This document shows, piece after piece, positions 13,001-24,452 of a DNA stretch of 64,000 nt. The notes below the pieces were generated by a model. That model made no database searches. It saw nothing but the letters and a program-made list of their open reading frames with translations, and was not told where the DNA came from. Within the stretch, counting starts at the first letter, position 1; every line of letters starts with the position of its first letter. The stretch is from positions 124,001 to 188,000 of the forward strand of contig NW_026867228.1 of NCBI RefSeq assembly GCF_026571515.1, given 5' to 3'. Source of the stretch: Ruditapes philippinarum. Its lineage: Eukaryota. Both the position numbers and the translations under genes were made by a program.

Positions 13001-16000
13001 CATTAAGGTTGTTCATCCCTGGAAGTTTAAGTAAAGTCTGCCATATCCGGTTTAAGAGGAGTTGCGTTCACAAGATTTCGGGACGTACGGACAGACGTAC
13101 GGACAAGTGCAACGCTATATGCTCCCCACTTTGTGGTAGCATAAAAATTCTAACAAACTTTTATATCTATAAATTTACTTGATTAAGGCGAACTTTTACA
13201 CTATACATTGGAATAAGTCAACAACTCCTAGTATTAACATACTATTTGTTTACATATAATGTTACATAGTTTATGTTTAGTGTAAGTTAGACATAAATAC
13301 CTATCTGTTTTGTGTATTAATAATAATAATAATAATGATATCATTATTATTATTTATTACTATTATTATTATTATTATTATTATTATGTTCAACGTCCTT
13401 GTCCAAAGACTGACTAAAACAGGACATTAAAATTGCGATTGATTCTATACACCCTTATTTTTAGCATAAGGTAAGAAGTAGATGAATAAAACAAACAAAT
13501 TCGACATTTATTATTAAAAAATGAAAAATGAACAAACTTACAGTATTTATTAAAATAAAAATAAATATATTTAGTTAGGCGAAAAATAATATGCATGCAC
13601 ATATTTATTTCTAAATATCCGAATTTGGAATATCCGAAATGAGCCCCATTAATCTTTTATATTAGTTTTGCGACACAAAAGCCTAATTTTAACTAAACTA
13701 TAATTTTGTTTACAGTATATAAGCAATATATTGCTATCTTTATGAGTTTATTTCAGTCAAACACACAAATTTGTTAGTGTTGTATGAAAATTGTCGTCAT
13801 ATTTGTGATTTAATTGAATTAAACAGGTGTTATAATTAGGACGCCATTATGTCGTCATAGTAACCAGAGCTGCCTAATCAATGTCTATTTTGAAAATGTA
13901 ACACATTGTACTATACATCTTTAGGTTTTTATCAATATCTAAGATGGGGCCATTTTTGGTGCTAAGTGAACCTTGCTCTTACTCCAAAGCAGGTGCAAAA
14001 CCAGAATTATTTACCACAGGGGGTTGCAAAAATGGGTAATGCATATTCCAAAGAGAACCTGACATTTTAATAGTTTTCAGTGAAAATTTGACTGATTTTA
14101 ACTAGTTTTTTTTTTGCATGATGACTAGATAGCTCCCCCTAGACCTCACATGCAAAGCTTTTATTCAATATTGGACAAGATGATATAAATGATACAAAAG
14201 GATGAGCAGCTACCAAGCATCCTTATGTCAATGTCAAATTTGCAGCTGATCAATAAATAAGGGAAAGATTGAAATCATAAATTAATGCCGTTATCTATAT
14301 TTATGGAAAACAAATGTGTTAAATTTATAATTTTGAAATTATCCACAACATATTTTATAAAGATTTGCTAGTCTTACCCTGGTCCTGGTAGAATGAGTAG
14401 GTGCAGATTTCGGTGAGCCTATTTTCTCTATAGGTAACGGCTTTAAGCCTTGTTGTTCTCGTATGTTACTGAAAATAAAACATCAGGAAAACACTTGATA
14501 AAAGTTATAAGAAATTAATGCAAAGCATGTCAATACTAATATAAATTCTCCTGTGGAAACATTTTATTACATTCTGCAAGAAGCCTACTTGCAAGTTTTA
14601 TTGGATCATACAGTAACTGTTAAGGTCATATTAAAGATCAAAAGTACATGCTTAGTACAACTGTTCACTTTCAATTTTCATTGCAAGTTATAACTTAAAC
14701 TTTAAATCATTTCACAAAAAAAACCATAAAAACCACCTCCAAAGTTATCTCCTAGTATGAAATTCACAATCACATATATAGTATTATATCTTTGTGTCAC
14801 AGTGACATCTTACACTTTCAAAAAGTGAAAAGTATATCAGTAAACAAAACTAACAATCTGAAGAGGCGTAGCTGGGGCAATTTTAAATGTAAATACACAT
14901 TTTCACAGAGGAGGTCAAGGAATAGATACAATATATTTTAATATAAAATAAAAAAAAATATATGGTCTTTTTCATAAATGAGGAATTTTTCATTGTGTAC
15001 CTTGCCTGCAGCCCCGGATACCACTAGGTTCTTTTAAAATCATTTTTCACATTGAAATGATTTTCTAATTTTTTACCTCTCAGAATGAATTGTACGAATG
15101 TATGTATTTGGCGTATAAGCAGCTACGCCACAGAATTGAATTATTAACTTACTTTGTTTCCTCCCAGCTTAATGTCACTGGATCTTTTGGTAATTTTTTC
15201 ATATCATTACTTTCTGAATCTCCACCAGCAATTGCCTCCCCATTGCTCACTGGCTTTTCTTCACTGGGTTCACTCCCTTGGTCTTGATCAGGCAGTGAGA
15301 GTTCCTCCCCTTGATTTTTAGCAGCAGTTTTCTCACCATCCTTTATAACTGTAATAAACAAGACTAATATAAATATGTATGATTTTAAGTTTACAAAAAG
15401 GGACATACATGTAAGTAGCAACAAGCACTGTTTGTCTTCCTTGTGCAAGAATCAAAATGATTAATGTTTATTAAGAAGAGCTTAGGCCTAGTAGATAAGG
15501 CGTTAGCCTCTTGACCCAGAAAACCAAGCAGGGTTTATGACCGATTTCGTTTCCTCAAAATTATGGAACCAGTATTGATTATTTCAAAAAATGTGGTCTC
15601 AAGAATGGTTTAAATAAGTTTACCTGTAAGCTTTGTCCTTATTTTGACTGAAGCTAATGGACACTAGTAAATAAATATATACAGACCCTGGTATGACAAC
15701 AAACATGCTCCTACTTTAAAACTTACCAATATAATCAAGCTTTTGTAACTGAGGTAAATTTCTGATCACTGTCATTCTATAGTTGTCCCCCACCGCACAA
15801 GGATTATCTGAGAGCCAAAGGATGCGTAACTTTTCCAAGCCTTTAAGATAGCATATATCTGTTAACTCCTGTATTTTATTATTCCTTATGTACAGTTCTT
15901 GTAGGTTCTCACATACTTCAAACTCTTTCAAAGTAATGATGTCATTTACACTGAAATAAATACAGGAAAATTAAACATGAACATTTTAACAGATAGAAGC

Positions 16001-17296
16001 AGTTACCAGAATAATCAAGATATTTAACAGATCTATGTCTGGTTAACTCACAAATAGCTTTCAATAATAGATAAAACTGAATGCATTTGATCAGTTTCAT
16101 TATTAATTACTAAATTTACCAATATCATTTATAAAGGCAGTAAACACACATACATAGATAACTATTTACATCTCTGGTTAACACAATGAAAATTGATCTT
16201 ATAACTTCAAAATCATATTCTTATGAGGACTTAATAACAACAACTGTTAACAAAACAGCCTTTTTTCAATTAAAAAATGAGTATTACCTGACACTACATA
16301 TTTCTAAATTTGGCATTTCTCTTACAATGCTGATATCATCTATCTCTGAACCCCTGAAATATAAAGTTTATAATCACAGTGTGAAATATAAGGATACTCA
16401 GTGTGATCAGGGTCTTTCAAATAGAATGGTCTGGACTTAGACCAATTTTACAACAAAAAGATGTCGCGGCTGAGTCCCTTGATTAAGTTATCTATCGATA
16501 GTGATGTACATCACTGTTCAAAAATCAAATTATAAGATTACTGTTTATTCGATCAAAAATAAGTTGGTTACTCATTTACTGAAAACTAATCCTGGCTACA
16601 TTACATTATCATTTTTTACTTTAAAAAGTAACAATTTTATAAAAATAGAAGCATCGACATGTGTTACATTTTCTAGCAGTCACAGATAATATAAATACCG
16701 TGATATCATAGAACCCATGATATCATATGAATTGAGTATATTTAATTTGCGCCCTGTTCTTGAACACTTACATAAAATGACTGTGCATACACCTGTTCAC
16801 TGTATAGCAAACTATACCGAGTCATACCACGTGTTTAATTGTAGCGAGGATTTACACTGTGCGTTTCCAAACTTCTATTTGAAAGACCCTTGTTTGATTA
16901 AAATTTGACCATCCATGGTTGGAATGTCGGACGTTTCACTCCCACTAAAAATGCTTTACTCCCAGAGTAGTGTACACCTAGACATTTCATTCCAAATATT
17001 TACATGTAATTTTGAGATATTGAATTGGTAAAAAAATAAACAAATTTACTTTCATTAATGCATGTTTGTTAAAATGATAATTTAACTGTCAACTGCCCGG
17101 ACGGATTTATATCCGAATGTTGCGTACTTAACCTTATGCTACTAGAAAAAAGTTATTATTCTGAAATTTATATAAAACACCATCTTTAAACGTACCAGCA
17201 ATTAAGCTTTCGAACACTTTCAAGATCAGGAGCTCGAGTACGAGCCAAAACAATAGGACCTGTCAAACTGTTCAATGTTGCACTGGCACCAGAGTC
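10031..17296 (-). CDS. CFAP410: Cilia- and flagella-associated protein 410 (C21orf2), copy A; start codon uncertain, possibly degenerating
   Basis: GT-AG exons at 17296-17196, 16353-16288, 15950-15727, 15348-15153, 14468-14378 and 10132-10031 keep frame. They give ...[49 protein letters not shown]...LQELYIRNNKI...LRILWLSDNPC...YRMTVIRNLPQLQKLD... and a C-terminal NAHVLQAVLLVKELDRDSLEIVETAIRKRL, matching the CFAP410 LRR, LRR-cap and C-terminal helix. There is no in-frame ATG in the first exon. A candidate ATG|GT micro-exon ends at 17594. Confidence 0.85.
12348..13146. mobile_element. Helentron/HINE-like element nested in the 3.8-kb element
   Basis: Starts AACTAGAAATGTGTCCAAAGGACAC, has two internal repeat units (...AAAGGGCCATAATT...), a GACG/GACA microsatellite and a terminal hairpin CCACTTTGTGG. 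Confidence 0.75.
12523..12878. mobile_element. MITE at a TTAA target (Kolobok/piggyBac-like), nested in the Helentron-like element
   Basis: TIRs AGCAGCACGCCTTCAGAT and ATCTGGAGGCATGCAGCT. The sister repeat unit shows the empty site CCGGTTTAAGAGGAG at ~13047. Confidence 0.75.
14861..15133. mobile_element. hAT-like MITE, left arm only
   Basis: TIR-like ends GAGGCGTAGCTG and CAGCTACGCCAC; absent from the mirror intron. Confidence 0.6.
16408..16891. mobile_element. hAT-like MITE shared by both arms (mirror at 46301-46889)
   Basis: TIR CAGGGTCTTTCAAATAGAA; degenerate 8-bp flanks AGTGTGAT and TGTTTGAT. Confidence 0.7.
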
Positions 17297-17588
17297 CTAA
17301 AATAATCATAAATACCCATATAACACAAACTGCCCGAAATATTATCCGAAAAAAATTGCAGACACACCCCCGTATATATACTGTCATATATAGTTTTCAC
17401 ATGGTATTGAACCTTTTCGACAGTGGGTACGATCTAACATTCCAACTGCAAAAGGGAGATAAACACCGGTCTCGATTCATAGAATAAACATTTATCTACA
17501 ATGCTGGTAAACAATAATTTCTCAACTTTTACCGTTCCTACATTTTTTATCGAAATTCTCACTTTTGTTTTTTTCGCAGAAAGCTTCT

Positions 17589-17600
17589 GTTACCATAAAC
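17589..17600. promoter_or_regulatory. RFX X-box-like motif upstream of CFAP410-A
   Basis: GTTACCATAAAC resembles the X-box (GTTNCCATGGNAAC) known from ciliary gene promoters. The match is imperfect and overlaps the candidate ATG micro-exon. Confidence 0.35.
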
Positions 17601-17793
17601 TTGCGGTTTAGTTGTTGTTGTTGTTGTGGTCGATTTGTTACAATACCGTTCAGCTGAACCTACACATTCGCAATTTTAAAAGCAGTTTTCAAAAGGAACA
17701 CTCTATCGTCTTTATATAACCGCTAAATTCTTCTACGTGGCGATATACTATTATAAATAAAATCTTTGATAAGAACATTTAAACGTGCAACTG

Positions 17794-18126
17794 CACATTA
17801 TGCCTCAGAAATCAATATTTACTTAATTCTTTAGAAATGTTAAACACCTCTTTAATAATGTTTTAATAATGGATTTGTGCAGCTGAATGATGTAGTGCTA
17901 ATTGTGCATTAATGTGTTGTAAAGGTAGCAAAACTGTAAATAAAACAGCATTTTGACTTCCATACAAAATACTTATTCATTATAATTATACTAATTGCCA
18001 ACAAAGCAAAATATGCAAATATAGAACTTTAATCCTTATGGAAAATGAGTATTTTAGCAAGATACCAAACATTTACGTTTCTTTACATGAAAAAACTTTA
18101 GCATTTCTGGCATAAGAGGTCTTTAA
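17794..18126. mobile_element. MITE of the GCACATTATGCCTCAGAAAT family (mirror at ~42118-42452)
   Basis: Same TIR and body as the copies at ~48400-48780 and ~60408-60724. Confidence 0.7.
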
Positions 18127-18877
18127 ATAAATGATAGGCCTTTTACATAAACGATTTATCCAAGGCAAGAAAGTTATAAACGTTATAGCTATAAAACAAA
18201 ACATTTTAGAAAATTACAACATATGTTTCACGTATTGCACTATATTACTGGTTTTCCGAACATTCACAATTCTCTTTCAAATTCTACACACGGCATTTAT
18301 CTCAGCTTAAATATCGGTATCATTGTGAAACCAAGAATGTTATCTTATGTGCATAACTGTGTTCTTTTGTTCCCTGCACTCTGAATACAGTTTTTCATTT
18401 ATATATGATTATTACAGATTACAACATAAATTTTGCCAACAGACATTTTCTTACTTTACTTCGCTTTTGATTTCCAGTTGACTTGAGATTTTAAAATAAT
18501 TATCTTAAAATGAATGAGGCATGGACAACAGAAATAGGGAAAAAACTAAGAACTGTCTGAGTTTGAGAACTCTTGGCATGGTTTTAAAATGTATAAGCGA
18601 TTTATAATAAGATTTAAACATTATCGTACGTTCAAAACAATTTGATAATGCACATGCAGGCTATCATTTTTTGAAAATCAGGTGAAGGTAGTGGTGTTTG
18701 GTTGTTTTCACTCTCACTATACGGATCACGGCAGTAAACCACATTGAATTCACCAGAGCACTGTTTATCCACCACATTATTCCTGGATAGGATGTCAAGT
18801 TAGCTCCCTTCGCATTTTTATTCTTATTTTCCCTTTTTATTGTGAAACATTTGACCGATGCACAGGAGTGTGTATAT

Positions 18878-19047
18878 ATTAAGCAGTCTTACCAGTTACA
18901 GTTGCCTTCGCTTTCCACAAGGAACTGAAACTTCTGTGATCGTTGAAAGGATTTCGTGATCACTACGTAACTGGCTTGCCGTCCTGGATCGAACCCGGCC
19001 ACACGATTTACAGTCCAACGCTCTACTTAAAAGGGTAACCGGACGGC
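18878..19047 (-). mobile_element. Degenerate tRNA-derived SINE (Meta-domain-like); mirror at ~41195-41365
   Basis: tRNA-like head GCCGTCC...GTAGAGCGTTGGACTGTAAATC...GGGTTCGATCCAGGACGGC, followed by GATCACGAAATCCTTTCAACGATCA...CAGTTCCTTGTGGAAAG...ACTGGTAAGACTGCTTAA. Confidence 0.5.
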
Positions 19048-19486
19048 TAGTGCTTTTTTTCTAAAAATGATGAAATACTACTTATTCTTACCGTTAATCG
19101 TTATAATATTAATTAATTGCTAACATGTTATCTTGTTAAATAAATTAAAATTATTGTTAAAAACAAAATGTCTCATATTTAATTCTTTGTTCAGATTTTG
19201 AAAAAAATCGACCCGATGTATATATATCAAACATACCGGACAGTTCGCCGAGTTGTTACTGTCGACCCCTTTGAAACGCTTTTGCAATTGACGTCACTAA
19301 AGTTCCGTAAATTTTCCCCTTGCTAGTATAAATCTCGTATTCGCAGTCTTTAAATTGCCTGCACATGTTGAAAACGAATGGCCTGGTGCCCGAATAATTT
19401 TCCTTTAATAATTGATTTGTATGTATCTGAAGGAGCATTGATAATATATAGGCAAACTTTACACTACCGTTTTTTTAGCAAACGTC

Positions 19487-19838
19487 TGATTAATTGATTT
19501 ATTCGATTGATTCGGGGTAATGGATAGCCTACGAAAGTGCAAGCACTTATTTCCAGTAGGGTCCTCACCTAAGTAGACACTAGAGACAGCTTTGAGATAC
19601 AAAGGAATCCGGGAACCTGTCCCTAGCTCTTATTGAATAGAAGATCCCTTGGTTCTTTTGTATGCCCAGTGTGTAGCACTGATACATGCGAGGATTACCT
19701 GGGTTTCGTACCAGTTTACCTCTAGGGAAGTTGGAAGCACTGATAGTGTTTCTGAAAAATCCCAAGGGTGTTACCCAGGATCGAACCCGGAACCTCAGGA
19801 GTTACAGTCAGTGGTCTAACCAACTGAGCTATCGCGCC
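19487..19838 (-). mobile_element. tRNA-derived SINE (V-domain-like body, CR1-like tail), left-arm copy
   Basis: A box TAGCTCAGTTGG, B box GGTTCGATCC, body CACACTGGGCATACAAAAGAACC, tail GGACCCTACTGGAAATAAG...GGCTATCC and a degenerate (AATC)n end. Confidence 0.8.
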
Positions 19839-22800
19839 ATCTACGTCATATTTTTAGATTCAACGCTATGACAACTGCTGTTTAAAACTTGATAAGTGCA
19901 GCTTAAATTCAATAACTTTTTTGAATTGCTGCGCCGGGTGCGTGTGACCATGGTTATTCCATATTGCAGGGAACAAGCATTTAGCACAATTATTTATTAA
20001 CCTTATGCTCAAATTGTAGAAACATTGTACGGTCGATATAATATAAACATATTTGAAATTGAATTGATGATGCAAGACTGTAAGTCCAATTCGTTTTTAA
20101 ACAACTCTCGTATAACATTCACTTTTGATTGAAATATCATGTATGCGATATGTACGTATGAGTACATGTCTGGTAACTTATGTTGTTTTGACGAGAAATT
20201 AACAATTGTGCAAAATCAGATATCTAGCTTCACAAACCAAAGGCTTATATAATCTCAAAGCATAAATCTGTATGATTTTGTATTGTCTTTCTGATAACAT
20301 TATCCTGTGAATTTCTAACAACAGTTGTTCTGATGAAACAGTATGATGCAACAAGAGCAAATCATATAACTGTCATTGCGCGCTAACTAGCAGATATTTA
20401 GATGTTATCATAAAACATTCTAAATCAAAATTATACTTTTCACTTCAACTATAACTTCAACTATAAGAAACGAGCAAATATAAGCAATGCCTTTGAAATT
20501 CTGAAATGATCAGCTAACAGGGGCAACAGTTTTAGAAATTTTACTAAGAAAAAATGATAAGAACCAGGCCTACTCATTAAATCAAATTAAAAAATGATTG
20601 CATATTAAAATTCAAATTAAAACATCTTCCTGGTTAGCTTTAATTTTATGCTACATTATATAAAAATATGTTTTAAATCTGCGGAGAATAAAAGGATCGA
20701 ACGAGAAAGTTAATGAAAGTATAATATTTTTCAATAAATTACTTTGTCAGCTTCCTGAGAAACTATGTTACAATGTTATATACATATTGCATGAACTTGA
20801 ACATTTTCTATCACATCTTCATCGTACGGAAAAGATCATCATTCTACGTGACAGAAACTATATGGTTATTTGAAATGTTTTGAGAGATTTTTGCTCACGT
20901 GGTTATACAATTGAAGCAACTGCTTGCAAATTTTATCTTCATCTCAACTCTGGTTCTTTTACTATTGTTATCAAACAAAGAATTAAACCAATAAATCAAA
21001 TCTTTTGTTGCTTTGTCAGTCGATTTTGCTATTGAAATGTTGCAATATGTTACAAGGCAAACAGTATAAATTAAGCACAGACAACATGCAACTACACCTC
21101 AGACGTCCAGTCAGTGAAACACGTGAGTACATAATATATCATTATATATATGTATAATTGTTATATTTCATAAAAGTGACATTATGCTTAAAACTGTACC
21201 ATGTTTTTGACAATTATTTAATTAGTTCTTTATTCAAACTAGAAATGTTTTTGTTTCGAAACAGCAAAATTTCATGTAGACCTAGTTGATTTAGCTATTT
21301 AAATATGACTAGTGGGAATATGTAAATTTATCTGTGTTTTTGCTTTTTAATTAGCCATACATCTTTACGGATGACATAGAAACGATTGCGTTCTCTCTCG
21401 TATGATCACTTACCACTTAAAAATTACATTGTACAGATATCGGATAAACACGTTCATCCTAATAATAGTCAATGGTAGCAGTAACCATGTAGATATACAA
21501 ATAATATTTTAGAACAGATAAGATTTGTAATTGTGCTTGTATGATTTTATTGTGTTCACGATGTATAAAGGGACCGCTTTAAGTGTCATAGAATCCTTCA
21601 AAACAACCTTAAGTAACTATCTGTGTTACATTTTAAAACAAAGTTACATTGTATTTATAACAAAAGCAAACGTTGTGCCTGTTTTGCTTATGAAATATGT
21701 CCGTTGCGCCAAAACAATCTCCTTTGCGTATTTTAGTCATACCAAAGCCAAGTTGGTCTTGACTTTAGGCAAGTGCGATTTTGCAATAATTCATAGAAGC
21801 ACTTCTGAAGCACGTTCGATTTAACAATTCTGGTTCTCGGAATCAATTCTTCATGGAATCAAAGATCAAGTGGTAAAAAGATGGCGAATTCCATAGTAGG
21901 TTTCAGTAATAGAATTATTTAACGTACATCGTTGAAACCGCCAATGCAGGGATTTCTTTTTTTCCTTTCTCGTTATTTCAAGCTATATGACTGATTAAAA
22001 CAATCCATCATCTTCATCCAGCATTATTAAAAGTGAAGTGACTTTGTAATTTACTACAGCTTTCTTCACCATTTTGAATATCTCCTTAGAACTTTATTAC
22101 TTTTTTCTTGATTCAGAAACGGAATCGTTCGATTCAGAATTACTTCCAACACGTGACTTTTTATTCTAGAATCAACAAATCGCTCCCGTCTTTAAACATC
22201 GAGTTTATGCAAATTGAAGTGAAATAAATTTATATTGGTTACAATGATGAAAATGATAATGTACATACGAAAAATACAACATAACTAATAATATTTATTT
22301 TAAAGCACATAACAGTAAACCTCATAGCAGTTGAGGAGAACATTTTGTTGTTGTTCATGTTTAGAAAAAAGTCAACTCTTTGCCGTAGAGATTATCCCGT
22401 AAGCCACACAAAATAAACATACTACACAAAATCTTTTGAAATGTTAAATAAACATGTTTTGAATATACACAGAGAAAACATGTTATGTTAATATTCATTT
22501 CTACACATTACGAATAATCACAGTATGAATGCTTAGTGACCAGCTTTAGTTGCCATCCAATGAAATTCCGTCCATAGTCGCCATCTTTTTTTATATTACT
22601 TCATAGAACCGCCCTCGTAAAAATTAGTCGTGACATAATAAAGGACAAATAAAGCTTGACACCAAGTATGTTAGTATTCATCCGTAGCTGTTCTAAAGCA
22701 AATAGAAACGTTCTCCTGTCGCCGTCGCTCCCGTCGAAGTCTCTAATTTCTGAAGAACAGCACGGATGAACACTAACATATACATAGTGTCATTAAAAAA

Positions 22801-23432
22801 CTGGCAGTTTTTGTAAAAATAGACCAAAATAATTTGACAAGTAAAAGGGAAGGCAGCTTCCCAAACATAGTTTATATATTCACTTAATCAAATTAGACAT
22901 ATTCAGGGAGAATTTACTAAATTGCAGTAAATTTCTGCAGTATAAGTATTGAATCCAAAGATGGGCATAGCTAGTATATCTTTAAATGTTGAATTCTGCT
23001 AAAGCAAATTTTAGGGGACTGGGGTAATAGCTTGCAATAAGCACTAACGTCCATGAACGGCTCAATCTAACCGGGGCTGAAACAATTTCAGTTTTTTTCG
23101 TATTGGGTTTTCTTTAGGGATTTTGTTTTTCTCTACTTTGTTAATCTTATGCATTATAAAGACTTCAAGACTCGAATACGATGACAAATACATTAAACGT
23201 GACATAATATTAGTAAGCGTAAAATACCTCGCTTATAAGTAACTCCATTTTAGCATAATGAAATGACAATTTTTCACAAGTACAGAGAGAAAATAACAAT
23301 TTCATAAAAGTTATATTCAATTAATTATTAATCAATTGGTTGCCGTTGAATCATGCTATTTTTTGCATTTTCAGAAAGAAAATACTCTTTCATTTCGCTC
23401 TTGCCTTCTTGGAAATTGCCAATCTGTAAAAC

Positions 23433-24452
23433 ATGAGGTCATTTATCCTACCTACCACGGTATGACTTATTTCTAGTGCAATTTAATCGAATCTTAATTT
23501 TATTGATCGTTGATTTCTGAAATAAAATTTATTATATGCCTTTTTTCCCAATTTAAGCTGTGATTCACTTTTAAAATCTTAATAGTATCATTAGAGCTAT
23601 TGTCTTAGTAACAAGTAAAATATCTTTAAAACAACCATAACAAAGTTGTAAGTTGTTCAATTTTTATAACATTACTCAGTAAGTGATATTTCAGATATGT
23701 ATGTTGCTGTTGGTTGGTTTGGAAACAACAGAATCACAGGGATGTGGTAAATTTCAGCTTTATATTTTACACTAAATGCCTGATTAACGTATCCGAGTAT
23801 TACAACAATCAATCAAATCATGTCGCATCACAAAGATGCTATTAATACAGTTTTATAACATTAAGAGATACTTCCTCACAATAAATGTAAAAAGTGATTT
23901 CTTCAATTAATTTTTTTTTTGCTACATACATTTTGACATAAACAAACATTGATTATAATTATTTTATAAAATAATGTTAGGCTATTCCTCGTGTTATATT
24001 ACTATAATAAACAGACTTGACATTTTCTTAAAATTTCCATTATTTTGCCTTCAGTTACCACACCGAAAGTAGCGTTTAACGCATATTCCAGTACTGGGGG
24101 TAATTACGGCGTCGACGAATCTATCATATTTCCTGTTGTATTGCTTAATGAAGGTTGTGGTTATAACGAAAGCACTGGGATCTTCACAGCCCCTGTGGCT
24201 GGAATGTACCAGTTTAGCGTTCAGATATGTAATGCCGCATATAAATATTTGTGCGCAGCTATTGTACATGAAAATACTACAATAGCAATTACAACAAATT
24301 ACGACACAGTAAGTACCTGCAGTTCGACAATGGTTCCAGCAAAAATTGAGACGGGTGATCAAGTTTATGTCAAGAGTACATACGAAGAAAGCGTCATGTA
24401 TTCAAATAAGAACAGATGGCCATCCTTCACCGGTCTTCTTACAAGTGTTTGA
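23433..24452 (+). CDS. Secreted globular-head C1q domain-containing protein, copy A (158 aa)
   Basis: Exons 23433-23459, 23695-23746 and 24055-24452 with GT-AG junctions in frame. Signal-peptide-like MRSFILPTTICMLLLVGLETTES, then gC1q motifs VAFNA, IIFPVVLLNEG.GYNESTGIFTAPVAGMYQFS, GDQVYV and SFTGLL. Confidence 0.93.

Larger units (their letters stand above)
10166..13978. mobile_element. 3.8-kb non-autonomous TIR DNA transposon (PIF/Harbinger-like ends) in the last intron of CFAP410-A
   Basis: Left end GAGCTAGGTTCACTAA; right end reverse-complements to GAGCAAGGTTCACTTA. The element is absent from the mirror intron in copy B, whose empty site reads TTTATAAA|TTACTCC at ~49794-49809. Confidence 0.75.

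Noticed and set aside
24051-24362. Antisense ORF open in both C1q copies (also 34902-35213)
   Set aside because: It is the shadow frame of the C1q exon, has no ATG start and no independent evidence.
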